Assembly (NCBI GenBank): GCA_025786725.1
Contig: JAHLTZ010000003.1
Coordinates: forward strand, 434,001 to 498,000
Source of the DNA: Syncephalis fuscata S228
Taxonomy: Eukaryota > Fungi > Zoopagomycota
DNA length: 64,000 nt
Reading direction: 5' to 3'
Shown here: piece by piece, positions 48,166-63,700 of the stretch
How positions within the stretch are numbered: the stretch's first letter is position 1
How the letters are laid out: each line of letters starts with the position of its first letter
Program-made: the position numbers and the translations under genes
The notes under the pieces: generated by a model
Database searches by the model: none
What the model was told of the DNA's origin: nothing
The model's input: the letters and a program-made list of their open reading frames with translations, nothing else

Positions 48166-50824
48166 ATGTCGGTCACTGCAGCTCAATTACTTTCGATGAC
48201 ACCGCAGCAACTGTCGGTAATGTCACCGCCGCCGCAGTCTCAACCATTGCAACAGCAACAACAACAACAACAACAGCAGCAGCAGCAGCAAGTGCAACAA
48301 CAGATACAGCCATTGCAACAGATGCAACAACAGCAGCAAGTGCAACAACAACAACAGTTGCAGCAACAGATTCAACAACAATTGTTTCAACAGCAGCGAC
48401 TGCAGCAACAAGGTGCGCAATCTGGCAATCCTATGGCTGAATTTCAAGCGCAACTAACACATCCAGCTCTTGCGGCAGGGCAAAATCCACTATTAATGTC
48501 ACAATTGGCAGCTGCTTTTCCTCAACGCATCACAGCTAGTTTTGCACAGCAGCAACCGCAGCAGCAAATACAACAAATGCAATCGCCACAACCACAGCAA
48601 CAACAACAACAACAAGCACCACAACAACAGCAGCAGCAACAACAACAACAACAACAACAGCAGCAGCAGCAGCAGCAGCAGCAGGCACAACAGCTACAGC
48701 AACAGCAGGTACAACAACAGGCACAGATTCAACAGCAACAACAGCAAATGCTACAACAACAACGCCATCATCAATTTCAATTGCAACAACAACTTATGCA
48801 ACAGCAGCAACAGCAGGCTCAGCACCAACAGTTTTCGCAATTGCATGCTGCTGCTGCCGCTGCTGCTGCTGCTAATGCAAACGCAAACGGTCGAGTTGCT
48901 CCTCAGTCAGCACCATCTGCTGCCGCAGTATTAGCTGCCGCTGCTGCAAGTGTTAATTTATTTTCACCCACTGGTAATAACGCAGGAATAGGCAATGTTG
49001 CTATGCAACGATCTGTGACACCTGGCTCAGCAGTAAGCAATGGCAATCCACCTATTGGAACGCCTAAGCCATCTGCTGCGGTAATTTCTAATACTGTTGG
49101 TACACCTATGGGAGATCCAGTATCAGCTCCCAATAATGGCCTCGTAGGATTAACATCACCAGTAATGTCACCAGGAGTAATACCCATGTCGACATCAGTA
49201 ACAATGGCACAACAACAACAGCAACAGCAACAACAACAGGTACAGGTACAGCAACAGCAACACTACCGTTTATTGCAGCAATTATCTTCCACTATGCAAA
49301 ATAGTCAGCTATTAGCACAAGTTCAAACACAAGCTCCTTCGCTTATACCGCAATCTGCTGCTGTAACCATACCATCCATGTCGCAGCCTATGACAATGAA
49401 TGAACAACGACGCTCAACGCCCCAAGCTTCATTAACTGCACCTCTCCACTACCGTCCCATCAGCAACAGTTGCCGGCACAGTCGCAACAGCCACAGTTTA
49501 ATAGCCTATCCACCTCTGTTACACCAACTACAGCATTAGCTACCGAAAGTGGTATGGCTGCAACACAACTACTTCCTATGGGGTAAGTTTTATGATAACT
49601 ACACCTATATTTGGTTATTGATTATGGATATTTAGTACACCAGCCGTTGGATTTGCAATGATACGTTTGTTACAATACGGCGAGCATCTTTGTAATCAAA
49701 ATGGCGAGGTAGGCATTATTAAATGATAGCTTTGCATAATATTTATTATTTTTATAGCAAAAACAGGATCTTAGTTACTGGCATCGATTTGTAGAAGATT
49801 ATTATTCGCCTAATGGCACCATGAAATATACATTATGGAATTCTAAAAATCAAACAAAGCGGTCCTTTGGTAAGTAGTAGTAGTTAAAACTATTATAGGC
49901 TTTTATATCTTACTAACAAGTTGTTTAGAATTAAAAACAAAAGCCATTGCACATTTTTATCATACACATTTTATTTGTGGTGTGCAGTCCATTCAGTTTT
50001 GCATTGAACAAATTAAGGAATTTACGATGACTAATGGATTTTTGGTGGCAGATTGTCCACGGGCCAGCCTACATTATTTATTAGAGGATAATTCTACGGT
50101 AAATAGACATATGATGGATGGTACGTATTATTCAAATATTAATGGATATTAAACAATACAGGTACATGCTACTGGCTCATTACATGTGCGATTTACACAA
50201 GGAATGAAGCTGGAGACTTTAGAGTTTAACACACAGCAACATATTGAACTTGTGCCGCGATCCATACTCCAACAAGTATCCGATGCAGCCACAGCGGCTG
50301 CCAAGCCACCAAGACGGAAAAAAACTGATCCAGCAGTTCTTGGTGGCGATAAAGGCACGTCATCTGGCATGCCAGCTTCATTGGTCAACGAATTTGGTAT
50401 TATACCAGATGCAATGCAAGTACTAGAGGTAATTACACAAAGATTGAGTTGACGATAATTAAAGGATAAATATTAACATATTTATTATCGATAATTAATT
50501 AATTACTAGATGTCAGATACATTCCATCAAATGGGCGATCTTTTCCAATTGTCTGCTTTGGGTGGCAATCAATCACTTCCAATGGGTAAGTTGATAACTA
50601 AACTTATTTAATAAGCATCATGATATATAATTGTTGTCATTAGATGTTATGAAACAGTATTGCTCTTTAGTAGCGGAGATGCAACAGCCCATGACAAGCA
50701 TTGGTGCTAGTACACCTGTTAGTAATAATAGTATGTCAGGTAATCTAACGGGATTTGGGCCAGCTAGTAATGCAAGTACTCCAGTTGTTCAACACGCACC
50801 CGAGCCGACAGCAACAGCGGCTCC

Positions 50825-50857
<33 letters not shown>

Positions 50858-51512
50858 ACAGCAGCAGCAACAACAACAACAACAACAACAGCAGCAGCAG
50901 CAGCAGCAACAACAACAACAACAGGCACAGCAACAATCCCAGCAGCAACCACAACAGTCACAACTGCCTGCCACACCTAATGCGTATACTACTGATATGA
51001 ATCATCTATTTGCATCAACCATGTCCGCGTTTACACCGCAACAACAAGCATTTTTGGCCAGTGTAGCCAATATGACTAATACAGTGCAGCCATCATTAAA
51101 TGCTAATCACTCGATGATGGTGGGTGTAAAGTCGGAACTTAATTCGCATAATAGCATGGATCTTTTGCAATCGCCTGTTCTTGGTAAGTATTAATATTGT
51201 ATTTAATCAAACGTATGTAACTAATAATTGATTGTAGGTGGTATGCTTTCTCCGACAATATCCGGTGAACCAGAGACGGCAGCCACGTCAGGATCACCGA
51301 AATCATCGCAGCCTACACCGGCCGGTATGGCTCCCACTTCGTCAAAGAAACGAAATCGCAATCCGGCATCAGCACCACGTCCACGCAAAAAAGCCAGCTC
51401 GACCAGCAAAGCACCGGCGACTAAAGGAGCTGCCGTGCCAGCAGCTAACACAGGCAATGATGCGGCTCATTCGGGTCACCATCCCACCACACTGGTGACG
51501 GGCAATCCTTAG
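48166..51512 (+). CDS. Poly-Q transcriptional co-regulator with LIM-domain-binding (LDB/SEUSS/PtaB/Mfg1-like) domain, multi-exon
   Basis: Short exons at 49640-50590 translate to IRLLQYGEHL, DLSYWHRFVEDYYSPNGTMKYTLWN..KRSFEL, KLETLEFNTQQHIELVPR, VNEFGI..MQVLE, typical of LIM_bind. Flanked by poly-Q tracts and a basic C-terminal segment (putative NLS). Confidence 0.75.
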
Positions 51513-52160
51513 TAGAGTTCTACACTAGTATTATTCATATTTTATAATCAATTTGCCCATCTCTCTCTTTATCCCTTTTTCTCTTTTTTTCGTCCATATA
51601 TTCTTCGTCAATAACGACTTTTGTATTGTGCTCTTAATACTTTTTATATACATGCCCAATACGGTGCGTGGCACCTTTTATTTTTATTGTTATTACGTGT
51701 GCAAATCGTGATAGCTGGTTTCTTGCATTGCCTTATCTTGCTGTGTCACTTTTCTCTCTTTAAACCACCCACCCGAATTTTCTTTCTCGACAATATTGTT
51801 GTTTTTATCCGTAGTCGGAAACGTCATTGTTAAAATACCACTAGCAATTGGCGTCGTTTCTCGATTAAATCATTATTAAGCATGTTTTATACCATTATTG
51901 TTTCTTTATCCTTTTGATTTGTAATTATAAACAAGTAGTATAGCCGATATTTACAGTTGCACATTGAGTATACATCATGGCATGCAATAATGTCAAGTAA
52001 ATTGAAGTTGTTTGTTTACACACAAAGGTTTACTAGTTAAAATTAAAGCAGCAAAGTTATGAATAAAAATTGTTTTGAAATAATGCATAGCTATGATATA
52101 GCAAAACTACTGCTATCTAAATATTTAAACATCATTTTAAATAGCCGATTACAAGTAATA

Positions 52161-53320
52161 TTAATTGACTTGTTGAGCTATGGTGACATTTTGTAGTTCC
52201 TCATCTCTAGTAGTGGTCACATTATGAGTCGGTATGGTCGTTGGTGTTGGCATCGGCATGGGTTGGCCTGGAACAGTATACATAACATTAGTGGTTGGCA
52301 TTGGACTAGCTGGAACATAGACAATTACAGGCACCATGCCTGGAGGTGCTGTCACTTGAGGATGTTGTGCTGGTTGTATGGTGGCATTCATTTCAATTGG
52401 TACGTCATAATTTTGCATTGCATTTCTTGGCGCCAATGTAATGAGATAGAAGACTACTAATCCAAAACTTATAAATATTGCCAGGCCCAGGAATATAACA
52501 GCAAAGCATAGACAAAGTATGCCATAAAGACACATTAATCGTATTGCTTGCTGTGATAATAGTTAGTTGCTGTTATACATTAATGTAATCATTATTAACT
52601 TGCCTTTTTCTTTTGCATAGTTACATTTGGTGAATTCTTTGGTATTACTAAAATGTACCAGATCGTAATAACAAATCCAAAGATTGCAGCAGTCAAATTG
52701 ATAGCATAGGCAGTAATTCCCATAATGTACATGGTAGAATATATAGAAGATTGGCCCACCCGCAATGCCACGGTGGCAATGCTAAGGACAGCCGAAATAA
52801 AAAGAGCACCCATCCATGTATAAAACATGTATTGTAGAACCATTGCTTTCTTTTTTCCAATGCGCTCTTCCATTGACCGGGCCCTGTGTAAATAAATTGT
52901 TTGTAATATTAGTAAAAAGACTACAGTTTATAGTATCCATGTGTCATTCACTTACCATTGGATGCTGTAATAAGCAAGAATAGCCAGCAAGATGGACAGT
53001 GATGGATACCGCTGGAAATCAATATAGCGATAAAATCGACAAATGCCAATGATGTTTGAATACATTGTACTAGTATTATTGTGTAAGCCAATAATGTATA
53101 TAATTTATGCCAAGGTATATGTATACTTACAAATCAACGGAATTAAAAACAATATCTGTCCCTTGGATTTAGTTTGGCTATAGCGGAATATGGTGAATCC
53201 AGAAATGACAATGTAGATAATTAATTCAATACCATGTACACTTAATAGTGGCCAATTGATATAAAGCAACTGAAGAGCCACATCATCAACATCAAAGCTA
53301 TCAAAATAGTATTCATACAT
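52161..53320 (-). CDS. Hypothetical multi-pass membrane protein with Pro-rich C-terminal tail (about 5 exons)
   Basis: Successive hydrophobic ORFs (53105-53320, 52595-52873, 52161-52535) joined by plausible GT-AG introns. Family not recognised. Confidence 0.6.
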
Positions 53321-54608
53321 GGGTGCAGAATAATGTTGTTTCTGTTACTGCTACTTTAAAAGCAAATAGGAATATGAAATAAAAGCTGGATAAAAGTGTT
53401 ACTGCTACTGTCAACGCGAGAGATATTGTCAACTTAAAGGGCGGCGGACTTTTGCAAGTAAAGACTCCGCATTTCTAAATTATTCCAATTTGGTTATTTG
53501 AATGATCAATGGAGCAATAGCGATAGGCCTTTGATATTGGACCAATTTTTATTTATATCCCCAAACTTTGACACTTTATGCCAATCAATGCCAAGAAATT
53601 TGCAAAACCGACAAGAATAGATCTATACCGTAAGCGCATATCCATATTGCTATTTATGCGGCTTTGTATTAGTATAACAAATATGTACAAATTACAAAAC
53701 CATACACTGGAATTTAGATACAGTTAAAGCATACTTGATATACAATTGGCAACTATCTTCATACTTCCACATGCTTCAAAATAATTGTTTTGAATAATAT
53801 TACTATGATTCATACAACTGGTTTTTTTACTATTTTTATTTATTTTATTTATAGATACAACAATTCATGTAGTTACATGTTCCTTTTTATTATTCTATTT
53901 GACTGTCTATTTATATACATTATATTTATTGCTTTTGTTTAATCAGCCTGTATTGCGACAATTGCTTTTAGTTTTGAAAAATTAATTTACATATCAATTA
54001 TAGTTTAAAATATTATTGTAATTAGTATATTATATTAAACATAGTATATTATTAGTATATAAAATAGCTGTTTGTATATTTTATTATGCTTAAATTAGTA
54101 GCATTGGTTATTGATTATTTACTGATGATTATAATTTATTATATTGTTAGATTAGACAGCTAATAGTAATAAAATAATAATCTAGTAAACCCCAGTACTT
54201 TATCATAAGATGAATAAACCATTTGTATATTATATTGAGCGTATGTTATGCAAACAGCTAGTATATATACGAACAATCTCTAGAGTTTCATGTCTTTAGC
54301 TCTATATTTAAATCGCAACAATGTTGCTATTAATCATTTATTACTATTTAAATAATATAGTGCTGCTTATTAAGTGTTTACATACTTGTTGATAAATAAA
54401 TAGTAATCATTATAGTTTACTAAACAATAGGTTGGATGATCAATTATTTTATTAATGATAATAGAAATAGTAGCTCCATAGCAATAATCCTAGTGTAAAT
54501 GAAAACATGATTTGATTGGTTAGACAATTTATACTTTTTCTTTTTCTTTTTTTCATTCTTGTCACAATCGTTTGCATCTTCTTTCAGTCTTTTTTTAAAA
54601 AAGTAATC

Positions 54609-56637
54609 ATGGGTAAGAAGGCAGTTCAACCTGAAAACGAGGCCAAGGTTGTCATCACTGCACTAGAGGATGAGTGTAAACGCAAACGCAAGAGAAAGTC
54701 GGCGGTCTCTGCAAAAGCAAGCGAAGAAGTAAAGGATGTGCCGGCTAAGACTGATGAACAAACCACTAAGAAAGCCGCCCAGGACAAGGTAGCGAAAAAG
54801 GCACGCAATGTTGAACCAACGACTGAATCTACTAGTGAAAGTGAGAATGAATCAGAATCTGCGGTAAGTGTATGAAAATGATCCAATTGAGTAGTCTATT
54901 TATCTACATATTGAACATTAGTCGAATGTGATCGATATTAAACGTCATGGCAAATTGGACATTCAACGAGAAACTGTAGTTGAAGGTTCAACTGAAGGTG
55001 CACCTACTTATTCTCTGAACTTGGCTTATCCGATGCTACTATGCGGTCAATTGAAGGTATGGGTTTCAAGACAATGACAACGGTCCAATCACGTACTATT
55101 CCACCTCTACTGGCTGGTAGAGATGTACTCGGTGCTGCCAAGACGGGCAGTGGCAAGACAATGGCCTTTTTGTACCAGCTGTAGAAATGCTAAATAGACT
55201 AAAGTTTAAACCACGTAATGGTAAGTAGTAGATTACAATACTATAGCTAATTAACAACACTCATTAATCTACTATTTGTATCAATGCAATAATATTAGGC
55301 ACTGGTGTAATTATTATTTCACCCACAAGAGAATTGGCATTGCAAATATTTGGTGTGGCCAAAGATTTAATGGAGCATCATAACCAAACGTTTGGTATTA
55401 TTATGGGTGGTGCCAATCGTAAGGCAGAGGCTGATAAGCTTATTAAAGGTGTCAACTTAATTGTAGCCACACCTGGTCGTCTTCTTGATCATTTACAGAA
55501 CACAAAAGGTTTTCTAGTAAAGAATCTAAAGGCACTGGTCATTGATGAAGCAGATCGTATTTTAGAATGTGGATTTGAAGATGAAATGAAACAAATTGTC
55601 AAGATTCTACCATCTGAAAGCCGTCAATCGATGCTATTTTCAGCCACCCAAACTACAAAGGTTGAAGATTTGGCACGTGTTTCGTTGCGAAAGGGTCCGC
55701 TTTACATCAATGTCGATGAACACAAAGCCGATTCGACTGCCGACGGTCTCGAGCAAGGCTACGTTGTTTGCGAGAGTGATCAGCGCTTTTTATTGCTATT
55801 TACCTTCTTGAAAAAAAACCTTCGTAAAAAGGTTATCGTCTTTTTCTCCTCATGTAATTCAGTCAAATACCACGGCGAATTATTGAACTACATTGATGTA
55901 CCTGTGCTTGATCTACACGGTAAACAGAAACAACAAAAGCGTACCAACACTTTCTTTGAATTTGTCAATGCCGAATCAGGTATTTTACTCTGTACGGATG
56001 TAGCAGCCCGTGGCCTTGATATTCCAGCCGTTGATTGGATTATCCAATATGATCCGCCCGATGATCCACGCGATTATATTCATCGAGTTGGCCGTACTGC
56101 CCGAGCAGGTAGTCGTGGACGATCACTTTTATTTTTACTGCCTAGTGAACTCGGCTTTTTACGCTTCCTTAAACACGCTAAAGTACCATTAAACGAGTAC
56201 CAATTCCCACTTAAGAAATTGGCCAATGTTCAGACACAGGTAAATATTTATATTTATATTACAACATTTAGCAATACTAATAGTATAATAATAATATATT
56301 TATTAATTAATAGCTTGAGAAGCTAATTGAAAAGAATTACTATTTAAACAAGTCAGCCCGCGATGGATTCCGCTCCTACTTGCAAGCTTATGCCTCGTAT
56401 TCACTTAAACAGATCTTTAATGTAAACCAGCTTGATTTAGCAAAAGTAGCACGGGCTTTTGGCTTTACTGTACCGCCCAAAGTGAATCTATCGATTGGCA
56501 CGGATGCCAAGGGCGATAAACGACAACAACAACGACGACAAGCTTACCGTAATGATGGATCAGCGGCGACTACACATCATAAGACGAAACGAGCCAATGC
56601 CAATCCAAGTGAAGGTGCCCACCAATGGTCGCGCTAG
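54609..56637 (+). CDS. HAS1: DEAD-box RNA helicase Has1/DDX18 (multi-exon, indels ~55010 and ~55173)
   Basis: [61 protein letters not shown]-terminal [21 protein letters not shown]. Confidence 0.93.
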
Positions 56638-57692
56638 TAATAAAATCTATAAATGGATAAATTATTTCAATTCGATCACTCATTCTCATTGTTAAAAAGG
56701 CAATGATTGATTTGACATACGTAAAAGTGATTTATTAATTAGTGTATTGATTGAAAACTGTTTAATTGTAGTGGCTGTATGTTCACAATGCTTTATTTGG
56801 CCCGACTGTAAAGGGAAAAAGACTGCTTTGATTTAAACAGCGATAAAAGATATTTACAAAAAATATTTATCTATCTATAGGCAAGCCAGTATAAAATAGA
56901 TTCTTTCTTTTTTTCTGCTCAGTTCTTTGTTCTTTATCGTTTAGTCTAGTATCAACTATATACTAAACGACAAAGATATATTATACAACCACAAGGATTA
57001 ACAACCATCGTAATTCTATAACTGTTGATTGAGTGTCATGCAGCTATTTTATCACATCATCATCGTTACATTTTTATAACATTTTATTATTTCTATTAAA
57101 CACCACTATCAACATATATATCTTTTTCTCCTTATTCTCTTTCCAACTGATCCCGACCCGTTTCGTATCTCTCGCCTTTCACTTTCAACTCTCTCACTCT
57201 CTCACTCTCTTCTACATTGAGATACGTACAAACCACAAAAGCACGTACACAATCCATAAAACTACACAAGATAGCACGTACATCGCGTGACAGGGAGGGA
57301 GAGCGTTAAAAGAAGACGGATGTCGACTGTTTTCTTGTCATCCAATTAGCATATACTCTTTCATCTATAAAGCGAACAACGTCAACTGTATTGCGATCGA
57401 TGGTTGTAGTCGTAGCAGACACTTTGCTACTTGTATTTCTTTTATTTTCTTCGTTTCTCTATACTGCGATCTGTGCCGTTTACTACTGATTGCCAGTAGC
57501 CTTTTGTAATCACTGCTGTATTTGTGGACGGTATTCTTTTACTATTGTTTCACAGACTAGGATCTTTTGCATAACCAGTTGTTCATTTAAGACTTTATTG
57601 AACGTTGTAAGTAGAGTAACTTATAGTAGCAATTACTGCTAGTCGCATATAACCTTGTATATACTCACTGCATTTAAGTAGTACCACTCGAC

Positions 57693-60600
57693 ATGCAGCA
57701 TCAGGAAAAAACGACAACGGGTCAACCGCATGGAGTCGGCTATCCTTCCTATAGATCGCAGCTTAGTTATACACAAAACCAAGCCTCTTTGGCAGCAACA
57801 GCTGTAGATATGACAGACTCAAGTATTCCGTACAGCTTAACCAGCATATCAACAGGCACTTCTCCTCAAGATACTGAAATGGTGGATTCTATGGCAGTTA
57901 TGAGTTCAATGATGATGAATTCTCCCTATGAACATAATCTACTTAAAAATACAGCTAGAAATAGTACAACTACTGGTGGTACAAACCTTATTAGCGCTGA
58001 TATTAATAATACAGCAGCCTATGATGCTACAATGCCTGTAAATTATACGGCCACTGGACATGCCAACAATCCAATTGCTTCATCTCGTTACTTTAACCGA
58101 GTGTTACCCGATCAACAACAACAACAACATAGTACAGGTGGGTTAGCAAGATCGCGTACTATAGATGGTCGATTACGTGGATCTACAGGTGTATCATCTG
58201 TACTTTCCCATGGTAGAGACACCACAACATGCAGTGGTATTTCTAATGCATTTGCCTCTCATCATCGTCAATCTTCATTAAATACAGTGGATCATTTATC
58301 AATAGGCAATAGAGGTGGAATATTGCCTTCACTGCCTAATGAGTTACTTGCAACACAATGTTATGAAGGAAAGACGAATATTGGTGGAGCATTCCATATG
58401 CCAGCAGATACAACAATTAATACGCAAAGTAATCCAATTGGCAATTCATTACCTTCAGATGATATAAGCACTTCGTCACAACTTTTATCTGCTCGTACAC
58501 TTCATGAAGCTTATCATACACAATTACAGCAACAACAACAACAACAACAACATGTATCTGATACTTCTTTATCGCCTCAATCAGCTGCAGCTGCAGCCGT
58601 AGCCGTAGCTGCACTTTCAATGCTTCAACAACAACAACAACAACAACAACAACAGTTAACACCTCAATTTCAAATGATGGCACAACAGCCTATAAATTCA
58701 TTAGTGCAAAATCATATTCAAGCTGGTACATATAATGAAGTAGTATCACTTGTATCTGGATTACAACAACAACAACAGCAATCTACATATAGTTTGTATC
58801 CTTCTGCCTCAGCTGTTGTTATAGCTGCTGCTGCTGCCGCTGCTGCTGCCGCTGGAGGAGGCGTAGGCGGTAATAATCCATCAGCAATCCGTTATTCTTT
58901 ACCTGCTATGATGATCCCACCACCTTCACCAAACATTTATCCATTTCTTGCTGTAGCTGACGATAAATGGAGACGTGATTCTACCTGGGGTGGCGTGGCA
59001 AGTCCACGACAACAATACTATGATCCAGTACGTCCTCATGCAGATTTAACGCATATGGGGCGACGAGCACCGAATGCTGATTATTCACGATTAATGCGTG
59101 AATATGGACGGCCAGTTGAAGAGATTATGGCAGCAGCAGCAACGGGACAATTACCACAAGATCCACAAGCTCGCCAATTACTTGCAGTTGCTGCTGCTGC
59201 AGTTGCTGCCAATACTCATCATGGGCCATTATCTCCTACACAGACATTAACGCCTACACACCCACAACAACAACAACAACATCACCACCACCATCATCAC
59301 CCACAACAACAACATTTGCATTCACATCAAACGCAATCATCACATCATGCATTGGGACTACCATCAGCTTCATTAGCAGCTGCAGTGGCGGCTGCACAAC
59401 ATCAACAGCAACAACGACATCAACGACATCCTCATCCACTATCTCAAGTGCATTATCAGCACACACCAACACTAGCAAACCCTTCTTCTACAACACGTCA
59501 ACGTGTAGCTATACGGCAACAACAACAACAACAGCAACAACAACAACATCAGTTATTAGCTGCTGCTGCTGCCGCTACACCACCCAATTCGGCATTATTG
59601 CCATTGAATGCTAATAGTTCATTAGTAACTTCAATAGCAGGCATATCGGCACTTCCTTCCGACCTTGCCTATCAAGATATTCACAGTGAAGCACTGCGTG
59701 GTAAGTTAAACCATTTAATAGCATGTATTTATAACTAATATGTAACTAGATCGATTGCTGGCACAGGCTCATAGTATGTATGCAACAAAGCCTCGTGACA
59801 ATTCACTTTTACCTTTATTAAGCCTAATTCACACACATCATCCGGATCATTTACCTACAATGCTATTGATGGCATGTGTTTATTTTGCACATCAGCATTA
59901 TCAAATGTCACTTCATTATAATGTGGAAATTTTAAAACGTGATAGTCAATATGTTGAGGCTATGAGCAATATTGGCACAACACTGCGTGGTATGGGTCGA
60001 CACACCGAAGCTGAAGCTTGGTGGTGGCGGGCCATTCAACTTCGACCCAATTACTGGGATGCTGTGGACAATTTAGTCGGTGTTCTATGTAGCGTTGGCC
60101 CCGAAGGCAAGGCTGATCCAGTTCGATATCGTGAAGCACTTAAAGTATGCGATTTTGTAGGTGCCAATGTTATTGCCGTAATGGCTGTGCTATTGTACGG
60201 GCCAGTCAGATACCACGTCTACAAAATGTACTTCATGTTTCAGCCAATCTACACTATCAACTAGGTGCACTAGATGCTGCTCGACGTGAATATGAACGCG
60301 TGCTGCGTGTCATGTTCAACGGCATTACTGTTGAATCGATTATTATGCGTATTGCTCAAACATTTGGCCAATCATCGGGCAATTTGCTATTATTACTTCC
60401 TGAACAAGCAGTTAATCTAGCCTCTATTTTATTCCCTGCAACCGACGGCATTCTACCTAGTTTAACTAACACTACTGCTACAACCATGCAGCCAATGGAC
60501 CAGTTAATGGAGCGAGTCACGAACTTTCTACGGCTCAACAGCAACAAAGTAATCAAGTAACAGCAACTATTTTATTAACACTGGCCAAATGGCACCAAGA

Positions 60601-63600
60601 TACAACGTCCTGTCCACCGGCTGCCCTTAGTCTCGTTCTTCCACTATACTACTTTTCTCTTTCGTTACATCGATCGCCGTCAACATGTAATAATTTGGGC
60701 ATTTTACTAAGTAGCATTCAACAGTCGGTACCGGATCCCACCAGTGGTACACCGCTAAATGGACCGCAACTAGCGATGCGTTATTACACGTATGGATTAA
60801 AATTGGATCCACGCCATGCACATCTATACACCAATCTTGGATCATTACTAAAAGATGCGGCCAGCTGGAACAAGCAATTCAAATGTACGAACGAGCCGTC
60901 CAGTTTAATCCAAAATTCGATGTAGCTTTGGCAAATCTGGCCAATGCAGTTAAAGATGCTGGTCGTGTTCAAGATAGTATCCAATGGTATAGAAGTGCCG
61001 TTGAAGTCAATCCAGACTTCTCTGAGGCTGTTTGCGGTCTGGTCAATGCACTAGGCGGTGTATGCGATTGGCGAGGCCGTGGTGGTGTAGCAGCCGGATG
61101 GACAAGTGAACGTGGCTGGATGGAGAAGGTTATTGAGATTGTCGATAAACAGCTAGCAGATAGTCGAGGCTGGGCCAACGGTGTACTGACCAATACTGAA
61201 GATGGCCGCAAATTCGTTAAAGAAATCCAACTGGCCTGGCTTGGCTTTTCTTCGGTTGCATTTAATGAACGGGAAATGGATATCAAGCAACTTATTCCTA
61301 AATGGCTTAATCCTAACGAGTTAATGCAACTACGTAATCAAGGTGGATGGGTATTCCGTGCTTTGGATAAATGTCTACGTCGTATACAGCATTACTGGTA
61401 TATTGATCAACATAGCAACAATATGAATCCCACTTGTTCAAAATCACATCGCTATCGTCGCCAGCTTATTGGCTCTATTAAACGACAACGTCCAATGACC
61501 GCCGATGATTACCGACGACCACGTTTACCATTAATGGCCCCACCACCTGTTCCTACGGTATTGCCATTTCATACATTCACTTACCCGTTATCTTCACTGC
61601 AAATACGGCTTATTTCGCATCGGAATGCACTGAGAATATCACATAATACTCTTTCAGCTAGTTGGCTGCCATCCTCGGTCTATCCACCACCACCACCACC
61701 TGCACCCAAACTACGTATTGGTTATGTGAGTTCAGACTTCAACAATCATCCATTGGCCCATTTAATGCAGTCAGTATTTGGATTTCACGATCGTAGCCAG
61801 TGTGTTGTATTATGCTATGCCACAACACCGGCCGATGGCTCACCATACCGTACCAAGATTGAACGTGAATCCGATACATTCCTTGATGTATCAACTTGGA
61901 CAACACAAGCAATTGTTGAACGTATTGTGGCCGATGGTATACACGTTCTGATTAATCTTAATGGCTATACGAAAGGTGCGCGCAATGAGATATTTGCAGC
62001 TCGTCCATGTCCGGTACAGCTAGCCTATATGGGATTTGCCGGTACACTGGCTGCTGGGTGGTGCGACTACTTTATCGTTGATCCAATTGTATGTCCACCC
62101 GAAACAGTAGCCTGGGAGAGATGGCGTGCTCGCTTATCCAACGGTCTACCTATTGAACAGCTACACGATAACGGTGACTGTGGACAAGATATTGATCCCG
62201 AAGACGAAACAGAACCCGACTGGGTCTACAGTGAACGTCTTATCTATATGCCGCACTCCTACTTTGTTAACGATCATCGACAAGGTTTCCGCGAAGAAGA
62301 TGAAGACGTTAATGCCGATGCTGAAACGAAATGGTCACACGAAGAAGACCGTCGTTGGCGTATGCGTCGACAAGTATTCCCTGGTCTACGTGACGATGTT
62401 GTTGTTTTCGCCAACTTTAATCAGCTTTACAAGATAGATCCATGTATATTCCGAGCCTGGCTACGTATTCTAGCCAGTGTGCCTAATTCAATTTTATGGC
62501 TACTCCGATTCCCTGTAGCTGGTGAACAGCACATTCTAAATACGGCCGAAGAATGGGCTGGTAAAGAAATAGCTTCTCGCATTGTATTTACAGGTAAATA
62601 GATGTAACCTGCTATTAACCTGCCTATTAACCATAATATTATTATTTAGATGTTGCGGCAAAACAAATCCATATCCATCGTGGCCGAGTAGCTGATTTGT
62701 TCCTTGATACACCAGAATGTAATGGACATACAACATCTACGGATATTCTATGGTCTGGTACACCAGTGTTAACATTACCACGACACTATCATAAAATGTG
62801 TTCACGAGTAGCGGCTAGCATTGCCTTTGCTACTGGATACGGCGATGATATGGTGGTAGATACTGAAGAAGCCTATATTGCACGGGCTATTGAATATGCA
62901 CGCACACTTTATTGGGATTATAGCTCTGATCCAATGCCGCCATCATCATTTGCCTCTACGGTCATAGCAGCCAACAATAGCAATAGTAACACCAGTCTTA
63001 TTGCTAATATGCCATCTTCCAATGCCCGTCTACCGCCTACACTACTCGATCAAGGCCATTCACCATTACCAAGAGCTGGTCTACATCGACGTGGCCATGG
63101 ACCATTAATGGAACTACGTAAAAAGCTATTCCTTACCCGTGATGTTTCACCATTATTCGATACTGGTCGTTGGGTACGCAATTTAGAAAAAGGTTACTGG
63201 GAAGCATGGCGACGATGGGCATCGGGTGATGAATTTACCATCGATGATAATTTTGATAAGAACGAGAATAACGATAGTTCAATAACTATAGAACAATTGA
63301 TGACTAAAACTGGCTGTATCCTTATTATGGACGACACCGATGGTGCAGCCTCAAGTCATTCTAATTATGCTACAAGTCAACCACGAATAGATAGCAACAG
63401 TAATACGATGATGACAACAACAACATCGACTACACCAGCTACTTCTAATTCAATATTGAATCAAGATATCCACCATTCTCATGATAGTCATAGTCATTTT
63501 ATAATGAACCACATTATCATCATGCAAATCATAGTCAATCTACTAGCAATAATAGTAATAGTCATCATAATGAAGTGGATAATATAATGACGATAACAAA

Positions 63601-63700
63601 TATGGCTACTTTACCATGTTCTGACACTTCATTATCACAAAAAAGACGCTCAATTCATACGACATCACCCAGACCATCAGCTGCAGCGGCACTTAGTTAA
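57693..63700 (+). CDS. OGT: O-GlcNAc transferase (GT41) with TPRs and long low-complexity N-terminus; multi-exon with several indels; stop at 63587 as assembled, more likely 63700
   Basis: TPR segments (YVEAMSNIGTTL, ALANLANAVKDAG), RIGYVSSDFNNHPLAHLM, NLNGYTKGARNEIFAARPCPVQ, FANFNQLYKIDP, FLDTPECNGHTT, SRVAAS. Confidence 0.9.

Noticed and set aside
50745-51000. Poly-Cys, poly-Leu and poly-Asn/Ser ORFs (also 48223-48934, 58417-58683, 59254-59478)
   Set aside because: Alternative frames of CAA/CAG poly-Gln tracts; not metallothionein-like genes.
42297-63700. Programmed frameshifting or pseudogenisation of RRP12, HAS1 and OGT
   Set aside because: The breaks I could resolve are single-base homopolymer losses scattered over unrelated genes with no common slippery motif; sequencing error is the simpler explanation.
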